Of a DNA stretch of 64,000 bases, positions 39,996 through 51,565 are shown one piece after another. The position numbers and the translations under genes are program-made. Under the pieces are notes generated by a model. It was not told the origin of the DNA, did not search any database, and worked only from the letters and a program-made list of their open reading frames with translations. Position 1 is the stretch's first letter. Each line of letters begins with the position of its first letter. The stretch is from Lophium mytilinum (lineage: Eukaryota), in the NCBI GenBank assembly GCA_010093605.1, contig MU004188.1, positions 1,057,673 through 1,121,672 on the forward strand, in the 5' to 3' direction.

Positions 39996-41796
39996 ATGGC
40001 CGACAAGCTCAACCAGTCTCTCGATGAGATTCTGAAGACCCGTCGCGATACCCGCCCGAACCGTGGAGCCCGTCGCGGAGGCAAAGCCACCGCTGCTGCT
40101 CCGCCCGTCGGAGGCGTCAAGAAGATCACGAAGGCCGCTGCAAAGCAGGCAACCAAGCACAACGTCCCAACCGGCCCAGCCGGAGCCAGTGAGAGCAAGA
40201 TCACTGTCAGCAACCTGGTCAGTACATACAAGATCCTCGAGAAAGTGGACTCTGCTAACAGTTCACAGCCGAACGACGTAGATGAGCGGCAGATCAAGGT
40301 ATGTCGAGCGCGAAAGGCAGCAAAGCCTTGAATCCTTATTATTACGACCGGCGAGGCCCGCGATGTTTACGAACCTACCTCTTCCGAGCCGTACCCTGTA
40401 CGCGCATACCCCCTGGGTAGCCATGAAACACCTACGCTCTGCTCCTCTGACAGACACTCTTGCTCGCTTTCATTAGCTTGACGCAGAGGACTACAAGTTG
40501 AGTATCGAGTCGCTGTCGCTGTAAAGCCTGTTCGAATTCATGACTGTCTGGCACGCAGCTCATTGAAGAACATGGCAAAGACATGTGTTGGCACGAAATC
40601 CCTACGGATTACTCTGGACCCGTGAGGCAGAGATCCGACAGACACCACCTCGTGGCTGTACCACCTGATGGATGCGACTGTTTCAGCGAGCGCAGCAGTG
40701 AACTAGCAGCACAGCAGACTTGATGAGCAGACCACTTGCGACATGACCCGAGTACACCACTGGTCGAGAAAGAATTTCGATAGGGGATGGCACACAAGCG
40801 GTTCAAACGGATTGTATGGGCAACGTCGACATGGGGTAGGCAAGTATCACGACAGCAGATTACGGGAGTAGCTTCGTTGCTATCAAGGCCGAGAACCTGT
40901 TCTTAGTCTTTGTGGCCGGGCTCTGTGGGCTCGTCTGATAGCGCGACATTCGACACCGGGGATGATTGTCAGCATTTCGACAGTGGACTTCGACCGCGCT
41001 ATCTCGTCTTGCTAACTGTCACTGCTCGCTCGCTGGTCCTCTGCTCTGAGGATGTCTAACTAGGGCTGTTTTTCTACCCGGTTTCCGGATGTTCTGTTCA
41101 ACGGCTGTTCACTGCTTGCTTTGGGTTTTGCCTCGCCGGCCGTAAAGAGCGATCACAACTTCTCGGAATGCGTAACTAACCGACTTCCTTCGTTAGGAGT
41201 ACTTCGTGAAGACCGTTGGACCTGTCAAGAAAGTCCTTGTTACCTACGGACCCAACGGTGTGAGCCGTGGTATCGCCACAATCACCTTCGTCAAGGGCAC
41301 TGCTGCCGCCGAAGCTGCCAAGAGCCTCAACGGTGTGAAGGTCGACGATCGTCCGATGAAGATTGAGGTCGTCGTCAACCCACGCGACCTCCCCCCGACT
41401 GCTCCCGTCAAGTCCTTCAGCGAACGCGTTACGTGAGTATCCCAAACGCATATTTCAGTCTTCAGGTTCTCATATGTACAGCAACCCCAAGAACGCGGCC
41501 AAGTCCCAGCCGAAGCCCGCCACCGGTGGCAGAGATGCGAAGGGTTCCGCCCGTGGACGCGGAAAGACTGCTCGTGGTCGCAATGCCGGCCGTGGCAAGC
41601 CCAAGACCGCGGATCAGCTCGACGCCGAAATGGCAGACTACTTCGTTGGAGATGCTGGCAATGGTGACGCGATGGTCACCAACGGAGGTGCTACGGTTCA
41701 GGGTGCTACTGGTGGAGACACTGGTATGGACGACGATATCTTGGTAAGCTCCCTTGTATAAGAGTCGCAGGCACAGGGTACTAATATAGATAGTGA
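39996..41796 (+). CDS. YRA1: mRNA export adaptor Yra1/ALY/REF
   Basis: N-box MADKLNQSLDEIL, RRM (SKITVSNL/PNDVDERQIK/EYF...SRGIATITF), C-box QLDAEMADYF; introns 40218-40268, 40299-41196, 41433-41481, 41744-41793. Confidence 0.93.
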
Positions 41797-43117
41797 TCGG
41801 TCGATGCAGTATCAGCACGGTGCTAGGGTTGGCACAGGTCTTCGGACAGTTTGATACGGTATCAGCATGGTTGCCTGGATTGGCGCGGTTCTTCGGGCTA
41901 TGGGAGTGGACGGCGTTCCACGGGTACCCTTCTTCTATCCGGGGTTTTGTTTCCAGATTGATTGGTCCACTCATCTTGTTGGGTTGTACAACACTTTGCC
42001 TCTCTGACATTTCCTTGGTTCGGAATCGGGTTAGGCCAGCGAAGGAGTATCGAGCAGGCTAGGTCTTCACAATGAGCAAAGTCTCACCCAATGAGCAAAG
42101 TCTCAGTCGATAATAATGCATTGCATCCAGCCTGACACGGTCCCCCAGTGAAACGCGTGCTTCTCAATCTGGCGTGCAGGGCGAACAAAGGAGCTACGAA
42201 ACACACCAGTGGGCATGGCGGGGCAGGTCACGAGGGCTGTGGGTACATGATGCATTGGCGTCGGATGAGCGCGTCCATTGATCCAGCGGGCTTGCGAGGC
42301 CGGAGGACATGATAGAGCAGTCTCTAGTGCGGGAGCTACGGGACCCAGCAGCTCCGTTTGTGCGGAGAAGGGCCACGGCGGCGTGATATCGAGCCATTCG
42401 AGCCGCACTACACTGCCAGCCTGGACCGGATCAGGAGGCTAACCATGGCAGTGCATGCGTGCCAGGGCGTTTGACTTTGTCTCAGCCCCTCGACCTGAGC
42501 TGGAGGGGTCTGCTGTGGATCTCGCTCGAAGGGAACCCGACGACCGAATTGTGGATCTGGTTCTGGGGACGCGCGCAGGCGGGAGGGTCTGAGGGTCTGA
42601 GTATCAGGGCGTAGGGCAAAACACGCAGCTTTGCAGACCCCGAAGCTGTATGCGGACCAGGCGCTCGGCAGTTTAAGGGCATTTCCTGGGGCATTCCGCG
42701 GACAGATTAGTATTTCTTTCAGCAAGCAGGCATTGGATGCTGGGCGGAGGGGCCTGACGTATGCCCGCAAGGGCATCAATTTCGTGCAGTGGGGGAGGGC
42801 CTGGAGCGCATTGGCTGGCGCCGCGTCGAGGTGCGGGGCATTGCCCCTCAATGTTTGCCGCCAAAACAGCTTGGACGGCGAGCGTGCGGGCATCTCCCGC
42901 GAGGCCGAGGCCAGTGAGCACCCCCGAGAAGACCTGCTGCTTGGTGATCAGGGAAGGTGGAGCGGCGACGAGGCCCTGCAACCGCGGAGTGCTGCCGATA
43001 TAAAAGCCCTCCGGTGCCCCATGTTGCTGTACAAAGAACCTCTTCTCCCCCACCTCCACCACCCCATTACCCCACAACTTCCAATTTGATACCCTTATAC
43101 ACGACACTACCGCAACC

Positions 43118-44929
43118 ATGGGACTTACACAGAAGCTCCACACGCCTCACAGCGGCGACTATGAGCAGCCCACCGGCCTGTGAGTTTCTCTCCCCCTTCC
43201 AAATCCCCAATTGCCGGCGGACCGAACATCACCGGCCCATCGTTCATGGGCCCTGTCTAGTACACGTGCAATATATATGCAATTGCTGACACCTCCTAGC
43301 TTCATCAACAACGAGTGGGTCAAGGGCGTCGACGGCAAGACCTTCGAGGTCATCAACCCCGCCACCGAGGAGGTTATCGTCTCGGTGCACGAGGCCACAG
43401 AGAAGGACGTCGACATCGCCGTAGCAGCCGCACGCAAGGCTTTCGAGGGCCCATGGCGGAGGGAGACTCCAGAGCAACGCGGCCGGTATCTGGCTAAGCT
43501 CGCGGATCTGTTCGAGGCGAACGTCGACGTACTCGCCGCCGTCGAATCATTGGACAATGGCAAGGCTCTCAGCATGGCCAAGGGTGACGTCGGCATGGCT
43601 GCTGGCTGCCTGAGATATTACGGCGGCTGGGCCGACAAGATCGAGGGCAAGGTCATTGAGACTACACACGACGCGTTCAACTACACCAAGAAGGAGCCCG
43701 TAAGCACATTTCTCTCACGTCAGAATTACCAGCATCACTTCCACGTTATGCCCGTCAGCAGCTCGGCACACCCCTGAACACAACCCCTCCAGCTATAGTG
43801 GGTTTCGAACAATGTTGACAACTATCAGATTGGTGTCTGCGGTCAAATCATCCCATGGAACTTCCCCATCCTCATGTGGGCATGGAAGATCGGTCCCGCC
43901 ATTGCCTGCGGTAACACCGTCGTCCTCAAGACTGCTGAGCAGACTCCACTCTCTGCCCTCGTGGCATGCAACCTGATCAAGGAGGCCGGTTTCCCCCCAG
44001 GTGTCATCAACGTCATCTCCGGCTTCGGAAAGGTCGCCGGTGCTGCCATCTCCTCGCACATGGACATCGACAAGGTCGCCTTCACTGGCTCGACCGTCGT
44101 CGGTCGCCAGATCATGAAGGCCGCCGCTGGCTCCAATTTGAAGAAGGTTACTCTCGAACTCGGTGGCAAGAGCCCCAACATCGTCTTCGCCGACGCCGAC
44201 ATTGACAACGCCATCTCGTGGGTCAACTTCGGTATCTACTTCAACCACGGCCAGTGCTGCTGTGCCGGTTCCCGCGTCTATGTACAAGAAGATATCTACG
44301 ACAAATTCATCGAGCGTTTCAAGGCTCGTGCCGCCAAGAACGAGGTCGGTGACCCATTCCACGCCGACACCTTCCAGGGACCCCAGGTTTCCCAGCTACA
44401 GTTCGACCGCATCATGGGGTAAGTCACATGATCCCCACCCTTTTCCCCATCCCACTTCTCTCAAATCCATACTAACACCTCCTGCAGCTACATCGAGTCC
44501 GGAAAGAAGGAGGGCGCGACCGTCGTAACCGGCGGCAAGCGCAAGGGCACCAAGGGCTACTTCATCGAGCCGACCATCTTCAGCAACGTAACCGAGGATA
44601 TGAAGATTGTGCAAGAAGAGATCTTCGGCCCGGTGTGCTCCATCGCCAAGTTCAAGACCAAGGAAGAGATCATCAAGACGGCCAACGCCTCCAATTACGG
44701 CCTCGCCGCCGCCGTGCACACCAGCAACCTCAACACCGCCCTCGAGGTCTCCAACGCGCTCCGCGCCGGCACCGTGTGGGTCAACGCCTACAACATGCTG
44801 CACCACGCGTTGCCCTTCGGCGGCTACAAGGAGAGCGGCATTGGCCGCGAGCTGGGCGAGGCTGCGCTGGATAACTACACGCAGATCAAGACGGTGAGCA
44901 TCCGTCTTGGTGATGCGTTGTTCGGTTAG
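43118..44929 (+). CDS. aldA: NAD-dependent aldehyde dehydrogenase
   Basis: [24 protein letters not shown], catalytic [23 protein letters not shown]; 3 introns; TATAAAA at 42999. Confidence 0.95.
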
Positions 44930-45312
44930 ATTGGTTGAGACTTGAGTGAAATGGAAAACATGGGGGAAAATTGGTAATGAATGCCAGAGGATGTGTTACG
45001 ATTAAAGGATTGAGGAGCGAGATTGAGACACTGGACTGCTAGGAAATGTGGTTCTGATATTTGTATATATTAACCTCTCTTGCCCCCTTTTGAAGCGAAA
45101 TCAGAAGAAAGCAAAACCTTTTACTTTAAACTGTCTATGCCTATTGTGTGCGTGAGGAGTGATATGTTGATGATGGTGTCAAGAAGGTCCATTCTATTCT
45201 GATATAAACGCTCCAGTCTATCGAACTTCCCAGAACTCGTCAGTTGATGCGCCCATCCATGTAACCAACCAATTCCAAACACTCTCACTCTCCCTCTCCC
45301 TCTCAACCTCTC

Positions 45313-47566
45313 TCACTTCCTCACCTCAAACAACTCCCCCCTCCCCGCCCCAACCCTCGCCTCCGCCCCCGTAACCCCAAAAATCCTCTCCAACAACACC
45401 CCCTGAAACACATCAAACCCCGGACTCCCTACACACACCCTCACCTGATTCCCGCGCCGCCCCAACCACCTTCCATGATCCCCGACCACCTCCTCAGGGT
45501 GGGCGGGGGGGTCCTCGGGCTCCTCTCCAACCTCCTCCTCCTCCATCCTCTGTCTCCCCCTCCGATCACTAACGCAAACCCCCCTCGTCCACTGCCCGCT
45601 CGTCTCCACCCTAACATCTTTCACAACTACGGGAAACTCGGCGGTAGGGTTGGGAGATAGCGCGTACCACACGCAGCAGGGGTCGTGCAGCTGCAGCGCG
45701 ACGGCGTCCGGGTGGGCGGTCAGGGCGGCGGTGTCGAGGGAGGCGATTTTGGTGAAGGTGGCATGCAGGAAGGTGGTGGTCCAGGTGGCGAGGGGGGAGG
45801 CCCGCCTACCTGAGGCGTAAGATTCATGGTTCGAAGAGAGCAGGGGGAGGGTGGTCGCGTTGAGGGCGCCGCGGGTGAGGGCGTGGGGGGTTGTGATGTC
45901 TGGAGAGAGGGGGGTTAGTTGAGGGGTGGCTGAATTTGGGGGGGTTGAGGAGCGGGAAGATATGAGGCTAAGGGGGATGAGAGGAGGGGTGGCTGGATTG
46001 GGGTGGATTTTCGAAGCGAGAGATGTGAGGCTAGGGGGGGCGGGAAGGTGAGGGGAGGGGTGGTTGAATTGGGTTCTGTTTTTCGGAGTGATAAGATCGG
46101 AGACTAGGAGGGGTAGGTGAGGGGAAAAGTGACCGAGTCAGGTCGGATTTTCGAAGCGAAGAAACTGAGACCAGGGAGTTTATAGACGGGTCTCGATCCG
46201 GGAAGGGGTAATGCAAGAAGAAGTGGAAATGACTGAATGAAAGAGAGGTTGCATGAGAAGAAAGGTGAGCTTCGGCGCGGAAACGGCAAACCTTACTTAC
46301 CGAGCGGGAACAGCGTTAGCTTTAGCTGCCGAGACAGCTTCTTCGGATAGGGCGCCAGGAAGGCGTCCTGGTTGCCAGGCGGTGTTGGTGGCATGGTCAT
46401 GCTCGGGTGGGTCGACGTTAGGGCGAAGATGCGGGCGGCGGCGACGCTGTCGGCGTAAGTGTTGAACTCGGCGCCAGGGGTCATCTATGGGAGTGGTCAG
46501 GTGGGTATAAAGCCTTTAGGTCCGGGTTTTGAGAGGCGTGGAAGACTGGGATGAAGAGCATATAAAATAATCGAGATCAGAGAAGTAAGTGCAGCGGATA
46601 CTCACATTCCCAGGGACATCAATCGCACCACCCATAACCACAACCTCTTTTGCGCGAAGGAAGGTCTCAGGGTCAATCGAAGCAGCAATAGCGAGGTTAG
46701 TCAAGGGCCCAACGGCTACAATGGTAATGGTGTCTGGCTCGTTTTCGCGAAGCAGGCGAAGCATCTCTTCCGCTGCGGGTTTAGTAGAGGGTGTGAAGAG
46801 AGCATGGGAAGGATCTTGAGCTTCTTTCGCTGCGGCAACTTGTTCAGGGTCTGAGGACGAGGCGGCGTCTTTGAAAAGTGACTTCCAGGTGTCTGCTGGC
46901 GTGAGGTGAGGGTGCTACTATTGTTTAGAGATTTGAGATTGCGACGGTACGAGGACGTACGCTGTGGTGGATACCTCCGAGTCCATCGATGCCGTCTAGA
47001 AGAGTCAATATCAACTTCAGCTGCTGGTAGAAAATAGAGTGTAACATACGGAAATAATCTGCCAGCATAATCTGATCTGCAAGCGGCTCCTCTGCTCCAA
47101 CAGCAACTGCGAACTCTATCAGCAACACAAGTTCCACCGACGTAAAGTAGGTTGAAGCTCACCGATAGGTTTGCATGCCTTCAACGCCTCAAACCCTTCT
47201 GGCTTGCCGTTCTCCCTCCGCCATGCTTGCTCTATCTCGACGTAATGGAACAAAGTGACGACATTTTGGAGACAACTGTATGATAGGAAAGGGGCTCAGC
47301 ATGGATATTCGTGGGGTTGCTGAAGATGAAGAAGAATGAAAGTGGGGGCCAACCTTTGGACCTCAACATTTCCAAAGGTCAGAGACAAGAGCAAGACCTC
47401 TAGTTCCTCGGGCTTTGCCGAGAAAGCAAGAAGAATAGCAAGGATATCATCAACACCCTAGAATGATGAATCAGCTTGTGTCGCTGAATACACGTGAAGT
47501 TACTCAGAGCTCGCGTTAGTAGCTTACCGGGTCCGTGTCGATGATGATTCGGTTTCGTGGCGCCAT
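45313..47566 (-). CDS. Inosine/uridine-preferring nucleoside hydrolase
   Basis: IIIDTDPG/VDDILAIL, VAVGPLTNLA, VMGGAIDVPGN/MTPGAEFNTYAD, LQLHDPCCVWY; multiple introns. Confidence 0.92.
45921..46180. repeat. Degenerate 60-70 bp tandem repeat inside the nucleoside hydrolase intron 45900-46300
   Basis: Recurring GAGGGGTGGCTG(A/G)ATT and GAG(G/A)CTAGG blocks; exact 15-mer GGATTTTCGAAGCGA at 46005 and 46145. Confidence 0.6.
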
Positions 47567-48255
47567 ATTTGTATTAGTGACGGCTTATGATGTTCGTGTA
47601 TAGCGAGTTTACAGTCTAGTGAACACTGTGGAATGAAGATGCGAGCTGAAGTTTATAAAGATAGATGTGCATGGGGTGCAACTTCAACCACGTGAAGCTT
47701 GGCTCGAGGTTGATGACATAACTTCGTGGACTTAGCTTCACCCAATAAAGAAGCTGCTCACCAAAAAAGCTGGGGAACTGTCCGAGGTGTACCTAATAGC
47801 GGTTAACCGAAGCTGCGGCTTTGTATTTTCTATTGGTTATGAGGAATTGGGATAAAGCGTCGTCGGAATCCGCCGATACTTCTGAAGCTTGGGCATGTCG
47901 TTTTCAACGTGACAAAACCGCAGACATATCCAAGGAGTATCGAAGGAGTGGTCTCAATATAATACATATCTCCTTAATTTTTTGGTCTGCATACTTGACT
48001 TGTATAGGAAAAACATCATCAGATATGCTACCAAGTCCACAGACACCACTGTGGACCAAAGGGAAATCCAATTCGCGATATAATAAACGCCTTCTCAATG
48101 ATCTACGACGCAGCCGTCCGGACTCCACGCCATGTTTTGGGTGTCATTTCTCGCCTTCGCCCATCTCTGTCCCAATAAGAAATGAAATTGTGGCTCTTCT
48201 GACTGAGCTCTGCTTGTCACTAATTGACGGCCCCCGGTGCAGAAATCAGCCTTGC

Positions 48256-49427
48256 TTAATAGACCTTCTTCTTCTCGTCCACACTGAACTGTCCAGGGCC
48301 CATGTTGACGAGGAGAAGGAGACCCCCACTGCGACGTGTTAGCTAGATTTCAGCTACTTCTGGAGATATGGAGCTTACACAATGGACAGGATCTGGAAGA
48401 AATCGTATTTGGCGAAGTCCTTGTGGGGATGGTGAGGGTGAAGCTGCACAGCTAGTCAGAATTTGGCTATCCGGAATTGGAAGACTCAAACATACCGTCC
48501 AGAAGTTGTTGACGAAAACGTTGAAGATGCTGAGAATGATGACCAGCATGATGGCGCTCCACTTTGACTTGAAACCCACAACCACCATTACGCAGGCCCC
48601 AAATCCTATAATGCTGACGAGGACCCTCCAGAAGCTCCAGTCGCCGCGGAAGACGAAGCCAATAAACAGGAAGATCAACAGGATCCTTCCTGCCAGCTGG
48701 AAGTACATCTTGCGGTCCTTCTCGTCGATCTGCGGTAGGCCGGCCGGCGCAAACCTCTTGCGCACCCACGAATCTGACAGCACCATGAGGAGTCCGCCCA
48801 TGACGGACAGGTTGCGGAGGAAGAAGTTGAGGTCAAAGACGAGCCCATATCCGACTCCTTGTAACACAACCACGCCCATCAACCCTGCGACGCCATAATC
48901 CGAGTGTTTTCGGACGATAATCATAAAGGAGCACGCGATCATGGCGATGATGTTTACGATGAGGAAGAGGTGTGTCAGGCCATTGTAGACTGTAGAACGA
49001 GACGCTGTCAGCGGGTGTTCCTTATTGAAGTCGCTGAAAGCAGGCGGGTGAACATACTCCCCCGGTAGGTATGTAGGTAGGTGAGCTGGTCGTTCCACTG
49101 GGTGAGGATGCGCAGCGCATCTTCTAAGAATGTGACGACGATTAGGAATCGCCCAATTGCTGGTAGATAGCTATTGTGCGCGGTACACGGTCAGCACAGC
49201 TTCCAATTAAACCACACTAGGCCAACAGACTCGAAATGGCTGCAGCCGCGGAACACTCACGGTTTGACGGGGTCAGACACGGTGTCTAACCACTCCTCGA
49301 CCTTGTTCGTCTGCTCTCGGAGCTGGTCCAGCGGACTCGGGTCGTCGGTGGCAGAACTCCTGCCCGGATTGCCAAAGGGACTCTGGTTGCCGAGGTGGTA
49401 CCCGGCCGTGCCTCGTATCTGCGCCAT
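48256..49427 (-). CDS. ERV29: SURF4-family ER cargo receptor
   Basis: YLPAIGRFLIVVTFLEDALRI, FFLRNLSVMGGLLMVL, C-terminal di-lysine DEKKKVY*. Confidence 0.95.
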
Positions 49428-50464
49428 GTTTGGTATGCAAGAGACTGTCGGCGGCGAGGAGGGGACTGCGGTGGACGAGGGGCGGAGGGTCGTTGGTGTG
49501 GGCGTGGGGCACTGTGGTGGTTGTAGTGGACTAGGGCAAGGTGGCCTCTTATACAGAATGCGCGAACGTTACAGGTGTGCTGTGACGGCAACCAAAGTGG
49601 CCGTACAGTCTGGGGCGTCCAACGGCCGGGCGTCTACGAAACCAGCTAGCTTATTCCGCCGCGCTTTTGTTCGCGGCGACATGCCCTCGACTCAAATTCT
49701 TTGATGACCATCTCACGTACGTTTCCAAGTATTTTTGGTGCCTCGCCAAGATTCACCGCCACACCGTGGCTGCGCTCTTCATGTTACAGCTATCAGCAAT
49801 ACAGCACAGTTGCATCTCAACGTCAAGTCACATATTCTGTAGAAAGTGAGAAGAGAACTTCTCCAGAAGCCTATTCCCTGCGCCTTGGAAGATGTCTTAT
49901 GGGGCAAGAGAAACCGTTAAGAGCGAATTCTAGACAGAGCACCTGATTTGTTTCCTCATGGGTACCAGAGGTTTATATTTGAGTATTCTACACCAGCCAG
50001 CCCACTGGACGTCATGACCCGAAGTGCCAGCCCGTACTGAACATTGAAAGCCAGAGAATGGGTAATAGTCGAAGCGCAAAATCAAATAAGCAAACCACTC
50101 CCCAACCCAAAAATCGAAAGAAGAAAAGCCGGACCAATTTCCATAAGAACCCACGCAGTCCATGCAATGCGAATGATGCCCTTTTGGTGTGCAGCTATCG
50201 TTGGCGCCGAAAATGATCGCCCCCGCTAAAGCCGCGAGATCCCGTGTTGTTACAGAGAAGAGCCATGGCTGCCTCATCCACTGGCAGACAAATAGATACC
50301 ATCGACTAGAAAGAAGTTTGAGCGGACTCTGGTACCTTTGGGATTGAAGTATCAACTCAGAGCAAGGTAGGCGAGCCGCATTAGTAGACGCCAAGCTTCA
50401 AAGTGTTGGTCCGCTCCATGAATGCTTGAGAAGGTGTCCGAACCCTTGCACTTCAGTTGACTGG

Positions 50465-51565
50465 TTACACAGCCCAGTCCGAGTCCAGAGGATGGTAGAC
50501 GGCACCTGGCGGGGCCGAAGTCGTATATTCGACGTGAGGTTTGCTTGCGGGAGGCGCAGGGGCAGGCTTGAAAGCCGGTTGTTCAACGGGGAGAATACCG
50601 TTCTCGCTCCCTTCAACACTCGTATCCTTTGGCTTCTTCGCCTTGCGGCCCTTCGGCACCGTGGTCCATTGGGAGTCCGCCATAGCCAAGCGCATTTGCT
50701 CTTCTTCGCTCATCCAACGGTCGTTGTTGGCGACGTCGTCCGTAGTGGCAGAAGAACCGGCCACAGCTCCCTCGCTGGAGCTCGTTGTCGAGCGCCTATC
50801 CTGATCGACAGGGTCGAAGGTGTCGAGCAGTGGCTGGGACTCCGGGACCACGCTACGCACAGGCGTGTTAGACGCGCCGTTGGTAAGGTTCCAGGCGTTC
50901 GAGGTTGGTGCCTTCGCCTGCTGGAGACCGTTCTTCGCTGGCTCACCACGAGCCTCTCGGGCGGTCCGACGCTGCTTCTCCTCAAGAGCTTTGCGTTCCT
51001 TCTCCTCCTGCTCGCGCTGCAGCTTCTTCTCTTCGACCTTCTTCTTGTTCTGCCGTTGTTTCTTGCTCTCCAGAGGAGTCGCGACCCGAGGCTGATGAGA
51101 CTGCTTCTCACGAACAGGCTGGGCAGGCTCCGTCAGTCGGAGGACGGATGCAGGGACGGCCTTTGGCTCTAACATGTCCGACACATCCCTCCCGCTCACT
51201 TTGGTAGCTGAGGGTTTGGGCTTCGGAGAAACAGCCGGAGACAGATCGTCATCTCCTTCGCCGCCTGTGGTTGAGGAGTTCGCGGACATGGTAGCCGCGA
51301 CCTTTTCTCCTGTCTCCTGGGCCGCCTTCTTCGCCTTTCGGGCAGGCTTAGGTTTAGCAGCTTTCTTGGTAGCTTTTGGAGTGCCTTCCCCTGGGGTATT
51401 GTTCTTGTTGTCATCTCGTGGTACGTTGATGGCACGCTGGGTAGGTCGGCCGCGGTCTCTGCCCGTTGCGGGCTGCTGTTTTTTGCTACGATAGTATAGA
51501 TAGTAACCGAAGCCAAATGCCGAGAGAATAGCCCAAGACAGAGCCGTGCTATGCCAGTTCTCCAT
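50465..51565 (-). CDS. Hypothetical single-pass membrane protein with basic coiled coil
   Basis: 366-aa intronless ORF; N-terminal TM (LSWAILSAFGFGYYLYY), KKQRQNKKK...LEEKQRRTAREARGEP coiled coil, WTTVPKGRK. Confidence 0.8.
   Translation of the reverse strand: MENWHSTALSWAILSAFGFGYYLYYRSKKQQPATGRDRGRPTQRAINVPRDDNKNNTPGEGTPKATKKAAKPKPARKAKKAAQETGEKVAATMSANSSTTGGEGDDDLSPAVSPKPKPSATKVSGRDVSDMLEPKAVPASVLRLTEPAQPVREKQSHQPRVATPLESKKQRQNKKKVEEKKLQREQEEKERKALEEKQRRTAREARGEPAKNGLQQAKAPTSNAWNLTNGASNTPVRSVVPESQPLLDTFDPVDQDRRSTTSSSEGAVAGSSATTDDVANNDRWMSEEEQMRLAMADSQWTTVPKGRKAKKPKDTSVEGSENGILPVEQPAFKPAPAPPASKPHVEYTTSAPPGAVYHPLDSDWAV

Noticed and set aside
40960..41050. Possible C/D snoRNA in the YRA1 intron (ATGATT...CTGA)
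   Set aside because: C box is imperfect, there is no clear terminal stem and I recognise no rRNA guide; needs snoscan/Infernal.
42070..42105. 17-bp direct duplication CAATGAGCAAAGTCTCA
   Set aside because: Isolated slippage duplication; no transposon termini between or around the copies.
42300..43000. AlcR/CreA-type sites (WGCGG, SYGGRG) upstream of aldA
   Set aside because: Motifs are short and the region is GC-rich, so they cannot be distinguished from background without conservation data.
43211..43298. Alternative aldA N-terminus from an in-frame ATG in intron 1
   Set aside because: The sequence is the branch/acceptor region of a canonical intron; the upstream exon at 43118 has a good context and typical N-terminus.
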